A stretch of 64,000 nucleotides of DNA. Source: Vicinamibacterales bacterium (GTDB taxonomy: Bacteria > Acidobacteriota > Vicinamibacteria > Vicinamibacterales > UBA8438). Below the pieces are notes generated by a model, which made no database searches, was not told where the DNA came from, and saw only the letters and a list, made by a program, of their open reading frames with translations. The stretch covers positions 13,179 to 77,178 of the forward strand of contig OZ251506.1 in NCBI GenBank assembly GCA_965242835.1, in the 5' to 3' direction. Below, one piece after another: positions 49,657-58,289 of this stretch; the stretch's first letter is position 1; each line of letters opens with the position of its first letter. The position numbers and the translations under genes are program-made.

Positions 49657-50015
49657 GAATCGACCTCCTGAGAAATGCGCTCCGCCGGGTCGGAACCTCC
49701 CTTGCCGAAGACGAGATGCCGGATCGTGTCTTCGATGCCGGCGTATCCGCCGACGCGAATGCGCTTGATGTCGAAAGGGCAGCCGTGCTTCTCGAAGATC
49801 GGCGCCATCCGGGCGACCGTCTTGGAGTCGACGACAGGCATGGTCCCCCATGGATCCGCTCCAGCCGCGCCGTTGCCGAGAACCTGGACGTCCCAGCCCG
49901 CCTGTTCTTTGGCCCACCACTCGCGGAGCTCCGCCGCCAACCGCATGCGGGGGGCGGCCACGTCGCTCTGCGCGGGTTCGGGCGGGGGGCCGAACACGAT
50001 CTTGGGCTGCAACAT
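49653..50015 (-). CDS. Hypothetical 120-aa protein with a carrier-protein-like (ACP/PCP) helix-II motif
   Basis: ...GTMPVVDSKTVARMAPIFEKHGCPFDIKRI...YAGIEDTIRHLV compares with E. coli ACP ...[28 protein letters not shown]...TTVQAAIDYI. It lies 98 bp downstream of a PPTase gene. The resemblance is weak and is an inference. Confidence 0.35.
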   Translation of the reverse strand: MLQPKIVFGPPPEPAQSDVAAPRMRLAAELREWWAKEQAGWDVQVLGNGAAGADPWGTMPVVDSKTVARMAPIFEKHGCPFDIKRIRVGGYAGIEDTIRHLVFGKGGSDPAERISQEVDS

Positions 50016-50113
50016 CCGGCATCCGTTCGATAATCAGACACTCTACAGAAAAAACGTCCGATGGTCAAACCATCGCGATCTGCACCCAAGTTCGCTCACG
50101 GAGAAGAACGAGT

Positions 50114-50761
50114 TCACACGCCGGCCGGCCACAGGGCGGCCGAGGCGATCCATGACGGAACGGCCCTGGAACAGCGCATGTCGAGCGCGACGCCGCATGC
50201 CCGGGCGACGCCGCGACAGCGAACGGGGCTGATCGAGGTCCACGACACGGCGACTTCCTCAAGACCGAGCGGACGGCCGAGAATCGGGTGCAGGGCCTTG
50301 AAGGCGGCTTCCTTGACGGAGAAGAGAACGACCCGTCCACCGGCCTCCGGCATCGACGCCCACGGTTGTTCGCCGACGCCCAGTCCGCGGAGGTTCGGGA
50401 CGGGCTTCGCGTCCAGGCGTTCCACGTCGATGCCGATCGACCTCGCTCGATCGGCGCCGGCGACAGCGGCGGCCACGGTCGTGCCCTTGTGACTCACGCT
50501 GCCGGTGCAGCCTTGCGGCCACTCGCGAGCTCCGGAGGCCAACCGCGCCGGCTCGACGGCAGGAAGACCCATGCTCGCGAGGAGATCCGCCAAGCACTTC
50601 CCGGTTGCGTCCCGCTGGGCCTCCATCAGGACCCGCTCGCGGGCGGTCGGCGGAACGTCGCGAGGACGTTGGAGCCAATGGGCGAACGACCCGCCTGAAA
50701 TCACGAGCTCCGGCGCCAAACGCCGGAGCTCGTCGATCAGCCGGTCCGATTGGAGATGCAT
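50114..50761 (-). CDS. 4'-phosphopantetheinyl transferase (EntD/Sfp-type)
   Basis: ...GSVSHKGTTVAAAVA...SIGIDVERL...VLFSVKEAAFKALHP (the GxDxE and FSxKEAxxK motifs). Confidence 0.75.
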   Translation of the reverse strand: MHLQSDRLIDELRRLAPELVISGGSFAHWLQRPRDVPPTARERVLMEAQRDATGKCLADLLASMGLPAVEPARLASGAREWPQGCTGSVSHKGTTVAAAVAGADRARSIGIDVERLDAKPVPNLRGLGVGEQPWASMPEAGGRVVLFSVKEAAFKALHPILGRPLGLEEVAVSWTSISPVRCRGVARACGVALDMRCSRAVPSWIASAALWPAGV

Positions 50762-50824
50762 GCTCGAATCACCGGGGATCGCCGCGCGGTTTTCCCGACT
50801 GGCGCAGCAACACGCCCGCCGGAA

Positions 50825-51050
50825 TCCCGGGCGTCAGGGCTGTCGGGGTCGGCGTCCATGAGCTCGTCGATCCGCGCGAGGGCGGCTTCGTAGTCGGCTT
50901 CGGTCCGCACCGGGCGGGTGTCGGCCATCTTTCACACCTCCTCGACGTCCCGGCGTCGTACTCCGTGTGCGTGCCCACGAACCGCGCCGAAGCGACAGTC
51001 CGGCCGCGGGCCCGCGCCACCTTCAGGCGTCGGCCGATCATGAGACGGCC
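50825..51050 (-). pseudogene. HigB/HigA toxin-antitoxin remnant
   Basis: HigB-like C-terminus ...RLMIGRRLKVARARGRTVASARFVGTHTEYD (frame of ORF 50769..51122), followed by a HigA-like N-terminus MADTRPVRTEADYEAALARIDELMDADPDSP that degenerates before any HTH. Confidence 0.5.
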
Positions 51051-51127
51051 CCTTGGCGTTCGGCGCGGGAAGCGTTGCGGACGTTCGCTCGGTGTAGACT
51101 CGTCATCAGGTGTCGACGCCATATGCC

Positions 51128-51346
51128 ATGCGAACCATCATAAACCTCGCGGACGATCAGGTGCGGCGGCTCGCCGAGGTGTGTCGGCGGGAAGGCGTCT
51201 CCCGCGCCGAGGCGGTCCGCCGCGCGGTCGCCGACTACCTCGACGCGCGGTGCCTGCGCGAACGGGAAGACGCGTTCGGCCTCTGGCGGGGCCGCCGAAT
51301 CGACGGCCTCGAGTACGAGCGGCGGCGGCGGCGGGAGTGGCCCTGA
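51128..51346 (+). CDS. vapB: Ribbon-helix-helix antitoxin (VapB/CopG-type)
   Basis: MRTIINLADDQVRRLAEVCRREGVSRAEAVRRAVADYL... Its stop abuts the GTG start of the PIN gene. Confidence 0.75.
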   Translation: MRTIINLADDQVRRLAEVCRREGVSRAEAVRRAVADYLDARCLREREDAFGLWRGRRIDGLEYERRRRREWP

Positions 51347-51712
51347 GTGCGCGCCCTGCTCGACACCAACGTTCTGATCGACTACCTCGGCGGCATCGAG
51401 GCCGCCCGCGACGAGATCGCCCGCCACGCCGATGCGTCGATCAGCCTGATTACGTGGATGGAGGTGCTGGCCGGCGCTTCCGACGACCGGGAAACGGCCC
51501 GGCTCGAGTCGTTCCTGTCCAGCTTCGAGCTGGTCGCCATCGACGCCGAGGTGAGCGAGCTGGCCGTCGCCATCCGGCGCCGGCATCGCATCCGCCTGCC
51601 CGATGCGATCATCCGGGCGAGCGCCCGCACCGTCGGCGCCGTACTCGTCACACGGAACACGAAGGACTTTCCCGCCGACGATCCGGGGGTTCGGGTGCCG
51701 TATTCGCTGTGA
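51347..51712 (+). CDS. vapC: PIN-domain toxin (VapC-type)
   Basis: (M)RALLDTNVLIDYL...LITWMEVL...RLPDAIIRASA...LVTRNTKDF. Confidence 0.85.
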   Translation: MRALLDTNVLIDYLGGIEAARDEIARHADASISLITWMEVLAGASDDRETARLESFLSSFELVAIDAEVSELAVAIRRRHRIRLPDAIIRASARTVGAVLVTRNTKDFPADDPGVRVPYSL

Positions 51713-51801
51713 TCAGGAACGGAACGCGGCGCTCGCCCGCCTCTCGGCGAGCTCGTCAACTACGATTCCATGCTACGATTGTTTCCGAAGAGGACATCTG
51801 C

Positions 51802-52104
51802 ATGGCCATCAACATCGCGCATCGGCGGGATCTCGACGACCGCGTCGAGCGGCTGGCCGGCCGTCTCTCTCTCCGCGGGCGGGGGAGGAAGGTCGCCGTC
51901 ATCGAGCGGGCGCTGGAGGCGCTGGAAACACAGGTGGCGCGCAGCCGTCCGGACCGCGCGGCCATCCTGGCCTCTCTGGAGCGGTACGCGGAAGCGGGGA
52001 CGCGCCTGCGCGAGAGGCCGATCGACGCGGAAGCCGCGGATCGCCGTCCGGCGTCGCTGCGCCTCCAGGACGCCCTGTACGACGAGCGCGGGCTGCCGCG
52101 GTGA
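51802..52104 (+). CDS. vapB: VapB-type antitoxin (Rv0623/PSK-like fold)
   Basis: MAINIAHRRDLDDRVERLAGRLSLRGRGRKVAVIERALEALE... It overlaps the downstream PIN gene by 4 nt. Confidence 0.65.
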   Translation: MAINIAHRRDLDDRVERLAGRLSLRGRGRKVAVIERALEALETQVARSRPDRAAILASLERYAEAGTRLRERPIDAEAADRRPASLRLQDALYDERGLPR

Positions 52105-52499
52105 TCGTCGTCGACACCTCGGCGATCCTCGCCATCCTGCTGCCGGAGGACGACGCGGCGGCGTACCGGGCGCGGATCGCGGACGCCGGGCATGCGCTGG
52201 TGTCCGCGGTGTCGGCGGTGGAGCTGGCCGCGGTCGCGAGCCGGGACGATGCGCTGTCCGATGCGGTTCGCGCCTTCCTGGAGGAACCGTTCGTGGCCGT
52301 CGAAACCGTCGACGCGGCGCAGGCATCGGCCGCCGCCGCCGCCTACCGCCGCTTCGGCCGGGGCCGCCATCCCGCCGGTCTCGACCTCGGCGACGTCTTC
52401 CCCTACGCGCTGGCCCGCACGCGGGGACTGCCGCTGCTGTTCAAGGGACGCGATTTCTCGCGGACCGACGTCGAGTGCGCGATCCCGTCGGAAACGTGA
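52101..52499 (+). CDS. vapC: PIN-domain toxin (VapC-type)
   Basis: (V)IVVDTSAILAILLPEDD...VSAVSAVEL...LDLGDVFPYALARTRGLPLLFKGRDF. Its stop overlaps the drmA ATG (GTGATG). Confidence 0.85.
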   Translation: MIVVDTSAILAILLPEDDAAAYRARIADAGHALVSAVSAVELAAVASRDDALSDAVRAFLEEPFVAVETVDAAQASAAAAAYRRFGRGRHPAGLDLGDVFPYALARTRGLPLLFKGRDFSRTDVECAIPSET

Positions 52500-55400
52500 T
52501 GCCGCCGCCCGCCGCCGCTGTTTCTTCCCCCACCGTCCGCGACCGGCTCGCCGAGGCGCTCGCGCTGGATCTGGTCGGCCCCGGCCCGGACGACCCGCTC
52601 GCGGCGGAGCGGCTGCCGGGGCGGGAGCGGCCGTCGAACTGGTACCTCACCGGCTTCCTGGTCCCCTCCGGCCTGCCGCCGGAGCGCTGCGCGGACGCCG
52701 ACGAGGACGACGACTTCGACGCCGAGGTCCCCGGGCAGGCCGGCCTCCTCGAAGAGTCGAGCGAAGACCGGAAGGCGGCGAAGCGGGGCTGGTTCCCGTC
52801 GTCGATCGGGCTGAGCTTCCTCGTCGCGGCGGAGGCCGAACGGCTGGCCGTCACCGTCCGCTGGGGCGACTACGCGCAGGAGACGGTCGAGTCGGCGGAG
52901 GGCGGGGCGAAGCAGGTCTGGCGCCGGACGCCGCGGATGGTGGAGGTGGAGACGCCCCTGGCGCGGGACGGCGACGCCGAGGGCGCGGGGACGGCGGACG
53001 ACGGCGCGGCGCCGATCTACGACGTGCCCGGTTCCGGCGGCCTGCAGCTCCAGGTGGTCGAGCGCGCGCTCGACGCGGCCGCCGCGGGCGCGGGGTTGCC
53101 GCCGGGCGCCCGCGCCGTCTCGGTCTTCCTGGTGAACCGCCGCGAGCCGCCGCCCGAGGGCGAAGACCCCGAGTCGGCCCATGCGTTCCAGGCCGGCCTC
53201 GAGGTGCGCGGCGACCGGCCGTTCCCGGCGCGGCCCGACCTGCGCGGGGCGCGCGGCGGCGCCGGGGACGACTGGGACGAGCGGGTCGCCGACCTGCAGT
53301 ACGCCGACACGCCGGAGTACGCCGCCGGGCACGGCGTCTCGGCCGACTGGGAGCTGACCGGCGGCGTCTGCCGTCTGGTGCGGACGACGTGGATGCCGGC
53401 CGCCGACGTGCGGAAGACCGACACGTTCGACCCGCCGGGCGTGGAGCTGTCGATGGCGGCGCTCGGCGCGCTGGCCGGGGCCGCCGAGGTCGAGGCGGCG
53501 CTTGGGCCGCTGGCGGCGGCGTACCGCGCCTGGATCGCGGAGCGCCGCGCGGAGATCGCCGCGAGCGGCGCGGCGGCGCCTGCCGCGGCGGACGAGCCGC
53601 GGCGCCCGGCGGCGCCGAACGGCGCGCAGCGCGAGACCGCGGAAGAGCCGCGGCGCCCGGCGGCGCTGGACCGCGCGTCACGCGACTCCGTGGACGAACC
53701 GACGCGCCCGGCGGCGCTGGACCGCGCGCGGCGCGCGACCGCCGAAGAGCTGCTGCGGCAGGCGGACCTGGCCGCGGAGCGCATCGAGCGGGGCGTCGCG
53801 GTGCTGGCCGCCGACGAGGCCGCGCGCGACGCCTTCGGCATGGCGAACCGGGCGGTGGCGCGGGCGCTGCGGCAGCGGCTCGGCGTCGAGGCGCCGCGCT
53901 GGCGCGCCTTCCAGCTCGCCTTCCTCTTGCTGAACCTGCCCGGCCTCGCCGACCCGCGCGCGCCCGACCGGACCGTCGTCGACCTGCTCTTCTTCCCCAC
54001 CGGCGGCGGCAAGACCGAGGCGTACCTGGGGCTGGCGGCGTTCACGATGGTGTTGCGGCGTCTGCGCCGCCCGGGCGGCGGCGGGCGGGCCGGCGCCGGC
54101 GTCAGCGTGGTCATGCGCTACACGCTGCGCCTGCTCACCCTCGACCAGTTCGGACGGGCGGCGGGGCTGGTGTGCGCGCTGGAGCTGGAGCGCGAGCGGG
54201 CGCCCGAACGGTACGGCGCGTGGCCGTTCGAGATCGGCCTGTGGGTCGGCAAGGCGGCCACGCCGAACCTGCTCGGCCGCAAGGGCGACGGACGGTCCGA
54301 TTCGGCCCGCGGCAAGGTGAACCGGTTCCAGAGCGAACCCGACCGCCGGCCGTCGCCGATCCCGCTGGAGAACTGCCCCTGGTGCGGCGAGCGCTTCCGG
54401 CCGGAGTCGTTCACGCTGGAGCCGGACGCCGACCGCCCGCGCGCCCTGCGCATCGTCTGCGCCGACTTCGCGTGCGACTTCTCCGGCGGCCGGCCGCTGC
54501 CGGTGGTGGCGGTCGACGAGGCGCTGTACCGCCGCCTGCCCGCCTTCCTGATCGCCACGGTGGACAAGTTCGCGTCGCTGCCGTGGGTCGGCCCGTCCGG
54601 CATCCTGCTCGGCGGCGCCGGCCGCGGCGACGCGCACGGGTTCTACGGCCCCGCGGAGCCGGGGCGGGGGAGGCCGCTGGCCGCGCCGCTGCCCCCGCCG
54701 GACCTGATCGTGCAGGACGAGCTGCACCTGATCGCGGGGCCGCTCGGCACGATGGCCGGCCTCTACGAAGCGGCGGTCGAGGCGCTGGCCGCGCGCGCCG
54801 CGGACGGGCGTCCGGCGCGGCCGAAGATCGTCGCGTCCACGGCCACCGTGCGCCGCGCGCAGGACCAGATCCGGGCGCTGTTCGCCCGGCCCGAGACCCG
54901 GGTCTTCCCGCCGCCCGGCCCGGAACGGAGCGATTCGTTCTTCGCCCGCACGGCGCCCCCCGCGACGCCCGCGCGGCGCCATCTCGGCGTCGCCGCGCCC
55001 GGCCGGAACCCGAAGGTGCTGATGCGCCGGGTGCTGGTCACGCTGATGGCCGCCGCCGAGCGCGAGTACCGCGGCGCGGGGGGACACCGGAACCACGACA
55101 ACCCGGCCGACCCGTACATGACGGTGCTCGCCTACTTCAACAGCCTGCGCGAGCTGGGCGGCGCGCGGCGCATCGTCGAGGAAGAGGTCGGCAGCACGCT
55201 GAAGGAGTACGGGGCGCGCCGGCGGGTCGGCGAAGCGGATGGCCGGTTCCGGGACCGGCGCACGTTCTCGGAGGTGATGGAGCTCACCTCGCGCGTCTCG
55301 ACCGCCCAGGTGGCGGCGGCGCGGCGGCGGCTGGAGCGCGCGTTCCACGAGCCGGACCGCGTCGACTGCGCCCTCGCCACCAACATGATCTCGGTCGGGC

Positions 55401-56092
55401 TCGACATCCGGCGGCTCGGGCTGATGGTGGTGCTCGGCCAGCCGAAGGCGCACGCCGAGTACATCCAGGCCACCAGCCGCGTCGGGCGCGACGAGGCGCG
55501 GCCGGGCCTGGTGGTCACCCTGCTGAACGTCCACAAGCCGCGCGACCGCTCGCACTACGAGCGGTTCCGGCATTACCACGAGACGTTCTACCGCTCGGTC
55601 GAGGCGGGCAGCGTCACGCCGTTCGCGGCCCGCGCGCTCGACCGCGGGCTGGCCGGCGCCCTCGTCGCCCTGGCCCGCCACGCGGAGCCGGCGCTGACCC
55701 CGGCGCGGGGCGCGGAGGAGATCGCGGACGCGCGCGGCGCCCTCGAACCCCGGCTGCTCGACGCTTTCGTCGAGCGCGTGCGCGCGCAGCCGCTCGACGC
55801 GGCCGAGGTCGAAGCGCGGCGGGCGAGCGTCCGGGGCCGCATCGGCGCCCTGCTCGACGCGTGGGACCGGATCGTCGAGGCGTACCGCGGCGCCGGGGTG
55901 GCCGTGCAGTACCAGAAGCACGAGGAACGCCAGCCGCGCCCCCTGCTGCGGGAGATGCTGGACACCGGCTTCGAGTCGGACGACCACCGGATGTTCCGCG
56001 CCGCCCGGTCGCTCCGCGACGTGGAGCCGGAGGTGAACCTGTTCCTGCAAGACCCGGGCGCCGCCCGCGCCCGCGCCGGAGACGGGCGATGA
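52499..56092 (+). CDS. drmA: DISARM DrmA: large DEAD/DEAH-like helicase of the DUF1998-associated type
   Basis: ...DLLFFPTGGGKTEAYLGLAAF (Walker A)...LIVQDELHLIAGPLGT (motif II)...ASTATV...NMISVGLDIRRLGLMVVLGQPKAHAEYIQATSRVGR (motif VI). 1197 aa. It is followed by a DUF1998 gene. Confidence 0.8.
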   Translation: MPPPAAAVSSPTVRDRLAEALALDLVGPGPDDPLAAERLPGRERPSNWYLTGFLVPSGLPPERCADADEDDDFDAEVPGQAGLLEESSEDRKAAKRGWFPSSIGLSFLVAAEAERLAVTVRWGDYAQETVESAEGGAKQVWRRTPRMVEVETPLARDGDAEGAGTADDGAAPIYDVPGSGGLQLQVVERALDAAAAGAGLPPGARAVSVFLVNRREPPPEGEDPESAHAFQAGLEVRGDRPFPARPDLRGARGGAGDDWDERVADLQYADTPEYAAGHGVSADWELTGGVCRLVRTTWMPAADVRKTDTFDPPGVELSMAALGALAGAAEVEAALGPLAAAYRAWIAERRAEIAASGAAAPAAADEPRRPAAPNGAQRETAEEPRRPAALDRASRDSVDEPTRPAALDRARRATAEELLRQADLAAERIERGVAVLAADEAARDAFGMANRAVARALRQRLGVEAPRWRAFQLAFLLLNLPGLADPRAPDRTVVDLLFFPTGGGKTEAYLGLAAFTMVLRRLRRPGGGGRAGAGVSVVMRYTLRLLTLDQFGRAAGLVCALELERERAPERYGAWPFEIGLWVGKAATPNLLGRKGDGRSDSARGKVNRFQSEPDRRPSPIPLENCPWCGERFRPESFTLEPDADRPRALRIVCADFACDFSGGRPLPVVAVDEALYRRLPAFLIATVDKFASLPWVGPSGILLGGAGRGDAHGFYGPAEPGRGRPLAAPLPPPDLIVQDELHLIAGPLGTMAGLYEAAVEALAARAADGRPARPKIVASTATVRRAQDQIRALFARPETRVFPPPGPERSDSFFARTAPPATPARRHLGVAAPGRNPKVLMRRVLVTLMAAAEREYRGAGGHRNHDNPADPYMTVLAYFNSLRELGGARRIVEEEVGSTLKEYGARRRVGEADGRFRDRRTFSEVMELTSRVSTAQVAAARRRLERAFHEPDRVDCALATNMISVGLDIRRLGLMVVLGQPKAHAEYIQATSRVGRDEARPGLVVTLLNVHKPRDRSHYERFRHYHETFYRSVEAGSVTPFAARALDRGLAGALVALARHAEPALTPARGAEEIADARGALEPRLLDAFVERVRAQPLDAAEVEARRASVRGRIGALLDAWDRIVEAYRGAGVAVQYQKHEERQPRPLLREMLDTGFESDDHRMFRAARSLRDVEPEVNLFLQDPGAARARAGDGR

Positions 56093-56231
56093 GGACGCGG
56101 CCGCGGCGGCCGGGTCGAGCGCGGCGGCGCGGCGGCGACGCCCGTACGCCTCCGCAGCCCGGACCCGGCTTCGCGGCGCAGCCCCGCCGCGGGCGGCGGC
56201 TCGGCCGCGGCGTCCGTACGGAGAACGGCCG

Positions 56232-58106
56232 GTGAGTCCGAGGCCGCGCCGGTCCGCCGGCCGCGCCGCGCCCACGCCCCGGGGCGACGGCCAGTTGCGC
56301 CGCGGCCAGGTGATCACCACCTATGGTCCGGGGGCGCTGATCGACCTGCCGAAGGACTCCGCCGTCGTCGGCGGCCTGGAGACGTGGCCCGGCCCCGCCC
56401 GGCTCGAGGAGATCGTCGAACCGCGGCTGGCCGCCAAGCTGCGGGCGATGAGCGACGGCCCCCCGCCGGCCCTGTACGCGCCCCCCGCCGCGTCGAGCGA
56501 CCCGCGCGAGCCGGCCGCGGGAATCGGCGCGTGGCGCTTCCCGGAGTGGTTCGTCGTGCAGGAAGCGGCCGGACGGCGGGACGATGGCGGCGACCGGCAG
56601 CGGGCGCGGTCCCGCCGGCTCGCGCACCGGACGGCGCTCGACGAGCGGGGCCGCTTCGACGGACGGCCGGTGGTGGCGACCCGCTTCGTGCGCGCCTGCC
56701 CGAAGGGGCACGTCGACGACGTCGACTGGTACCGCTTCGTGCACGGCGGGGACGACCCGTGCCGGAACCAGCTCTGGCTCGACGAGCGCGGCACCAGCGG
56801 CGACCTCTCCGACCTGGTGGTCCGTTGCGGATGCGGCCGGCGCCGCGGCATGCACGAGGCGAAGGAGATCGAGAACCGGACGCTGGGCGCCTGCAGCGGC
56901 GCGCGCCCGTGGCTCGGCCCGCACGCCGCCGAGCGCTGCGATCTGCCCGCGCGCCTGCTGATCCGGACCGCCTCGAACGCCTGGTTCCCGCAAGTGGTGA
57001 GCGTCCTCTCGCTGCCGGAGGACGGCGCGGAGGTCGATCGGGCGGCGGCCGCGCTGTGGGACGACCTGCAGATCGTCGACGGGCCGGAGGCGCTGGCGTT
57101 CATCCGGCGCAAGCCGGCGGTGGCCGAGCGGCTCGCGCCGTTCGCCGACGCGGCGATCCTCGCGGCGATCGCCCGCCGCCGGGCCGGGGTCTCCGCCGAC
57201 CGGCCCGTCAAGCAGGTGGAACTGGACGCCCTGCTCGCGGCGCCGGAGGGGTTCGGAGACGACCTCGCGGCCGACTCCGACTTCCACGCGCGGCGGCTGC
57301 CGGACGATGCCTGGCGGCGTCCTTCCGGTTCCGTCGCCCGCGGCGTGGCGGCCGTGGTGCAGCTCCACCGGCTGCGCGAGGTGGCGGCGCTCGCCGGGTT
57401 CACCCGCTTCGAGGCGGTGACGCCGGACATCGACGGCGAGTACGCCTCGGACGTCGAGCGCGCCGACCTCACGTTCGACCCCGTCTGGTTCCCGGCCGTC
57501 GAGAACCGCGGCGAGGGGCTCTTCCTGCAGATCGACGCCGCGGCGGTCGACCGCTGGCGGCGGCGGAGCGCGGTGGCCGCGCGCGTCGCCGCCCTCGGCG
57601 CCGGCCACGAACGCTGGAGCGGCCGGCGCACGCCGCGGAACCGGCAGACGCGGCCGCGGCCGTTCCCGGGCGGGGCGTACGTGCTGCTCCACACCCTGTC
57701 GCACCTGCTGATCCAGTCGCTTGCGCTGCGCTGCGGCTATCCGGCGGCGTCCATCCGCGAGCGGATCTACGTCGACGGCGAGGCGCAGCGCTTCGGCCTG
57801 CTGCTCTACACGGCGAGCGCCGACGCGGAAGGGACTCTCGGCGGACTGGTGCAGGAGGCGCGCGCCGTCGAGGACCACCTCGAGACGGCGCTCCGCTCGG
57901 CCGCGCTGTGCTCCAGCGACCCGGTCTGCGCCACGCATGCGCCGGAGCGGAGCCTGGAGGAGCGCTGGCTCCACGGCGCGGCCTGCCACGGCTGCGCCCT
58001 GATCGCCGAGACCTCGTGCGAGATGCGCAACGACTACCTCGACCGCGCGCTGCTCGTCCCGGTGATCGGCGTCCCGGGCGCCGCTTTCTTCGACTCCGTC
58101 GCCTGA
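56232..58106 (+). CDS. drmB: DISARM DrmB (DUF1998 domain protein)
   Basis: ...RGQVITTYGPGALIDLP...LLHTLSHLLIQSLALRCGYPAASIRERIY...GTLGGLV..., with the C-terminal Zn-binding signature CSSDPVC...HGAACHGCALIAETSCEMRN. The GTG start at 56232 is uncertain. Confidence 0.8.
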   Translation: MSPRPRRSAGRAAPTPRGDGQLRRGQVITTYGPGALIDLPKDSAVVGGLETWPGPARLEEIVEPRLAAKLRAMSDGPPPALYAPPAASSDPREPAAGIGAWRFPEWFVVQEAAGRRDDGGDRQRARSRRLAHRTALDERGRFDGRPVVATRFVRACPKGHVDDVDWYRFVHGGDDPCRNQLWLDERGTSGDLSDLVVRCGCGRRRGMHEAKEIENRTLGACSGARPWLGPHAAERCDLPARLLIRTASNAWFPQVVSVLSLPEDGAEVDRAAAALWDDLQIVDGPEALAFIRRKPAVAERLAPFADAAILAAIARRRAGVSADRPVKQVELDALLAAPEGFGDDLAADSDFHARRLPDDAWRRPSGSVARGVAAVVQLHRLREVAALAGFTRFEAVTPDIDGEYASDVERADLTFDPVWFPAVENRGEGLFLQIDAAAVDRWRRRSAVAARVAALGAGHERWSGRRTPRNRQTRPRPFPGGAYVLLHTLSHLLIQSLALRCGYPAASIRERIYVDGEAQRFGLLLYTASADAEGTLGGLVQEARAVEDHLETALRSAALCSSDPVCATHAPERSLEERWLHGAACHGCALIAETSCEMRNDYLDRALLVPVIGVPGAAFFDSVA

Positions 58107-58289
58107 GACGCCGCGGCGCCGCGGGCGTCGGACCGGCCGCCGCGATTCCATGCCTCGGCCGAAGGACGACCGCGCCGAGCGGCCGGCCGACCGCCTTCCG
58201 GCCGAGGCGCGGACGCCGAACCGTTGTCGCCGGGCGCGCCCCCGGGCCGGGTCGGTGACTCATCGCGCAGACGATGAAGTTGATGCCCA

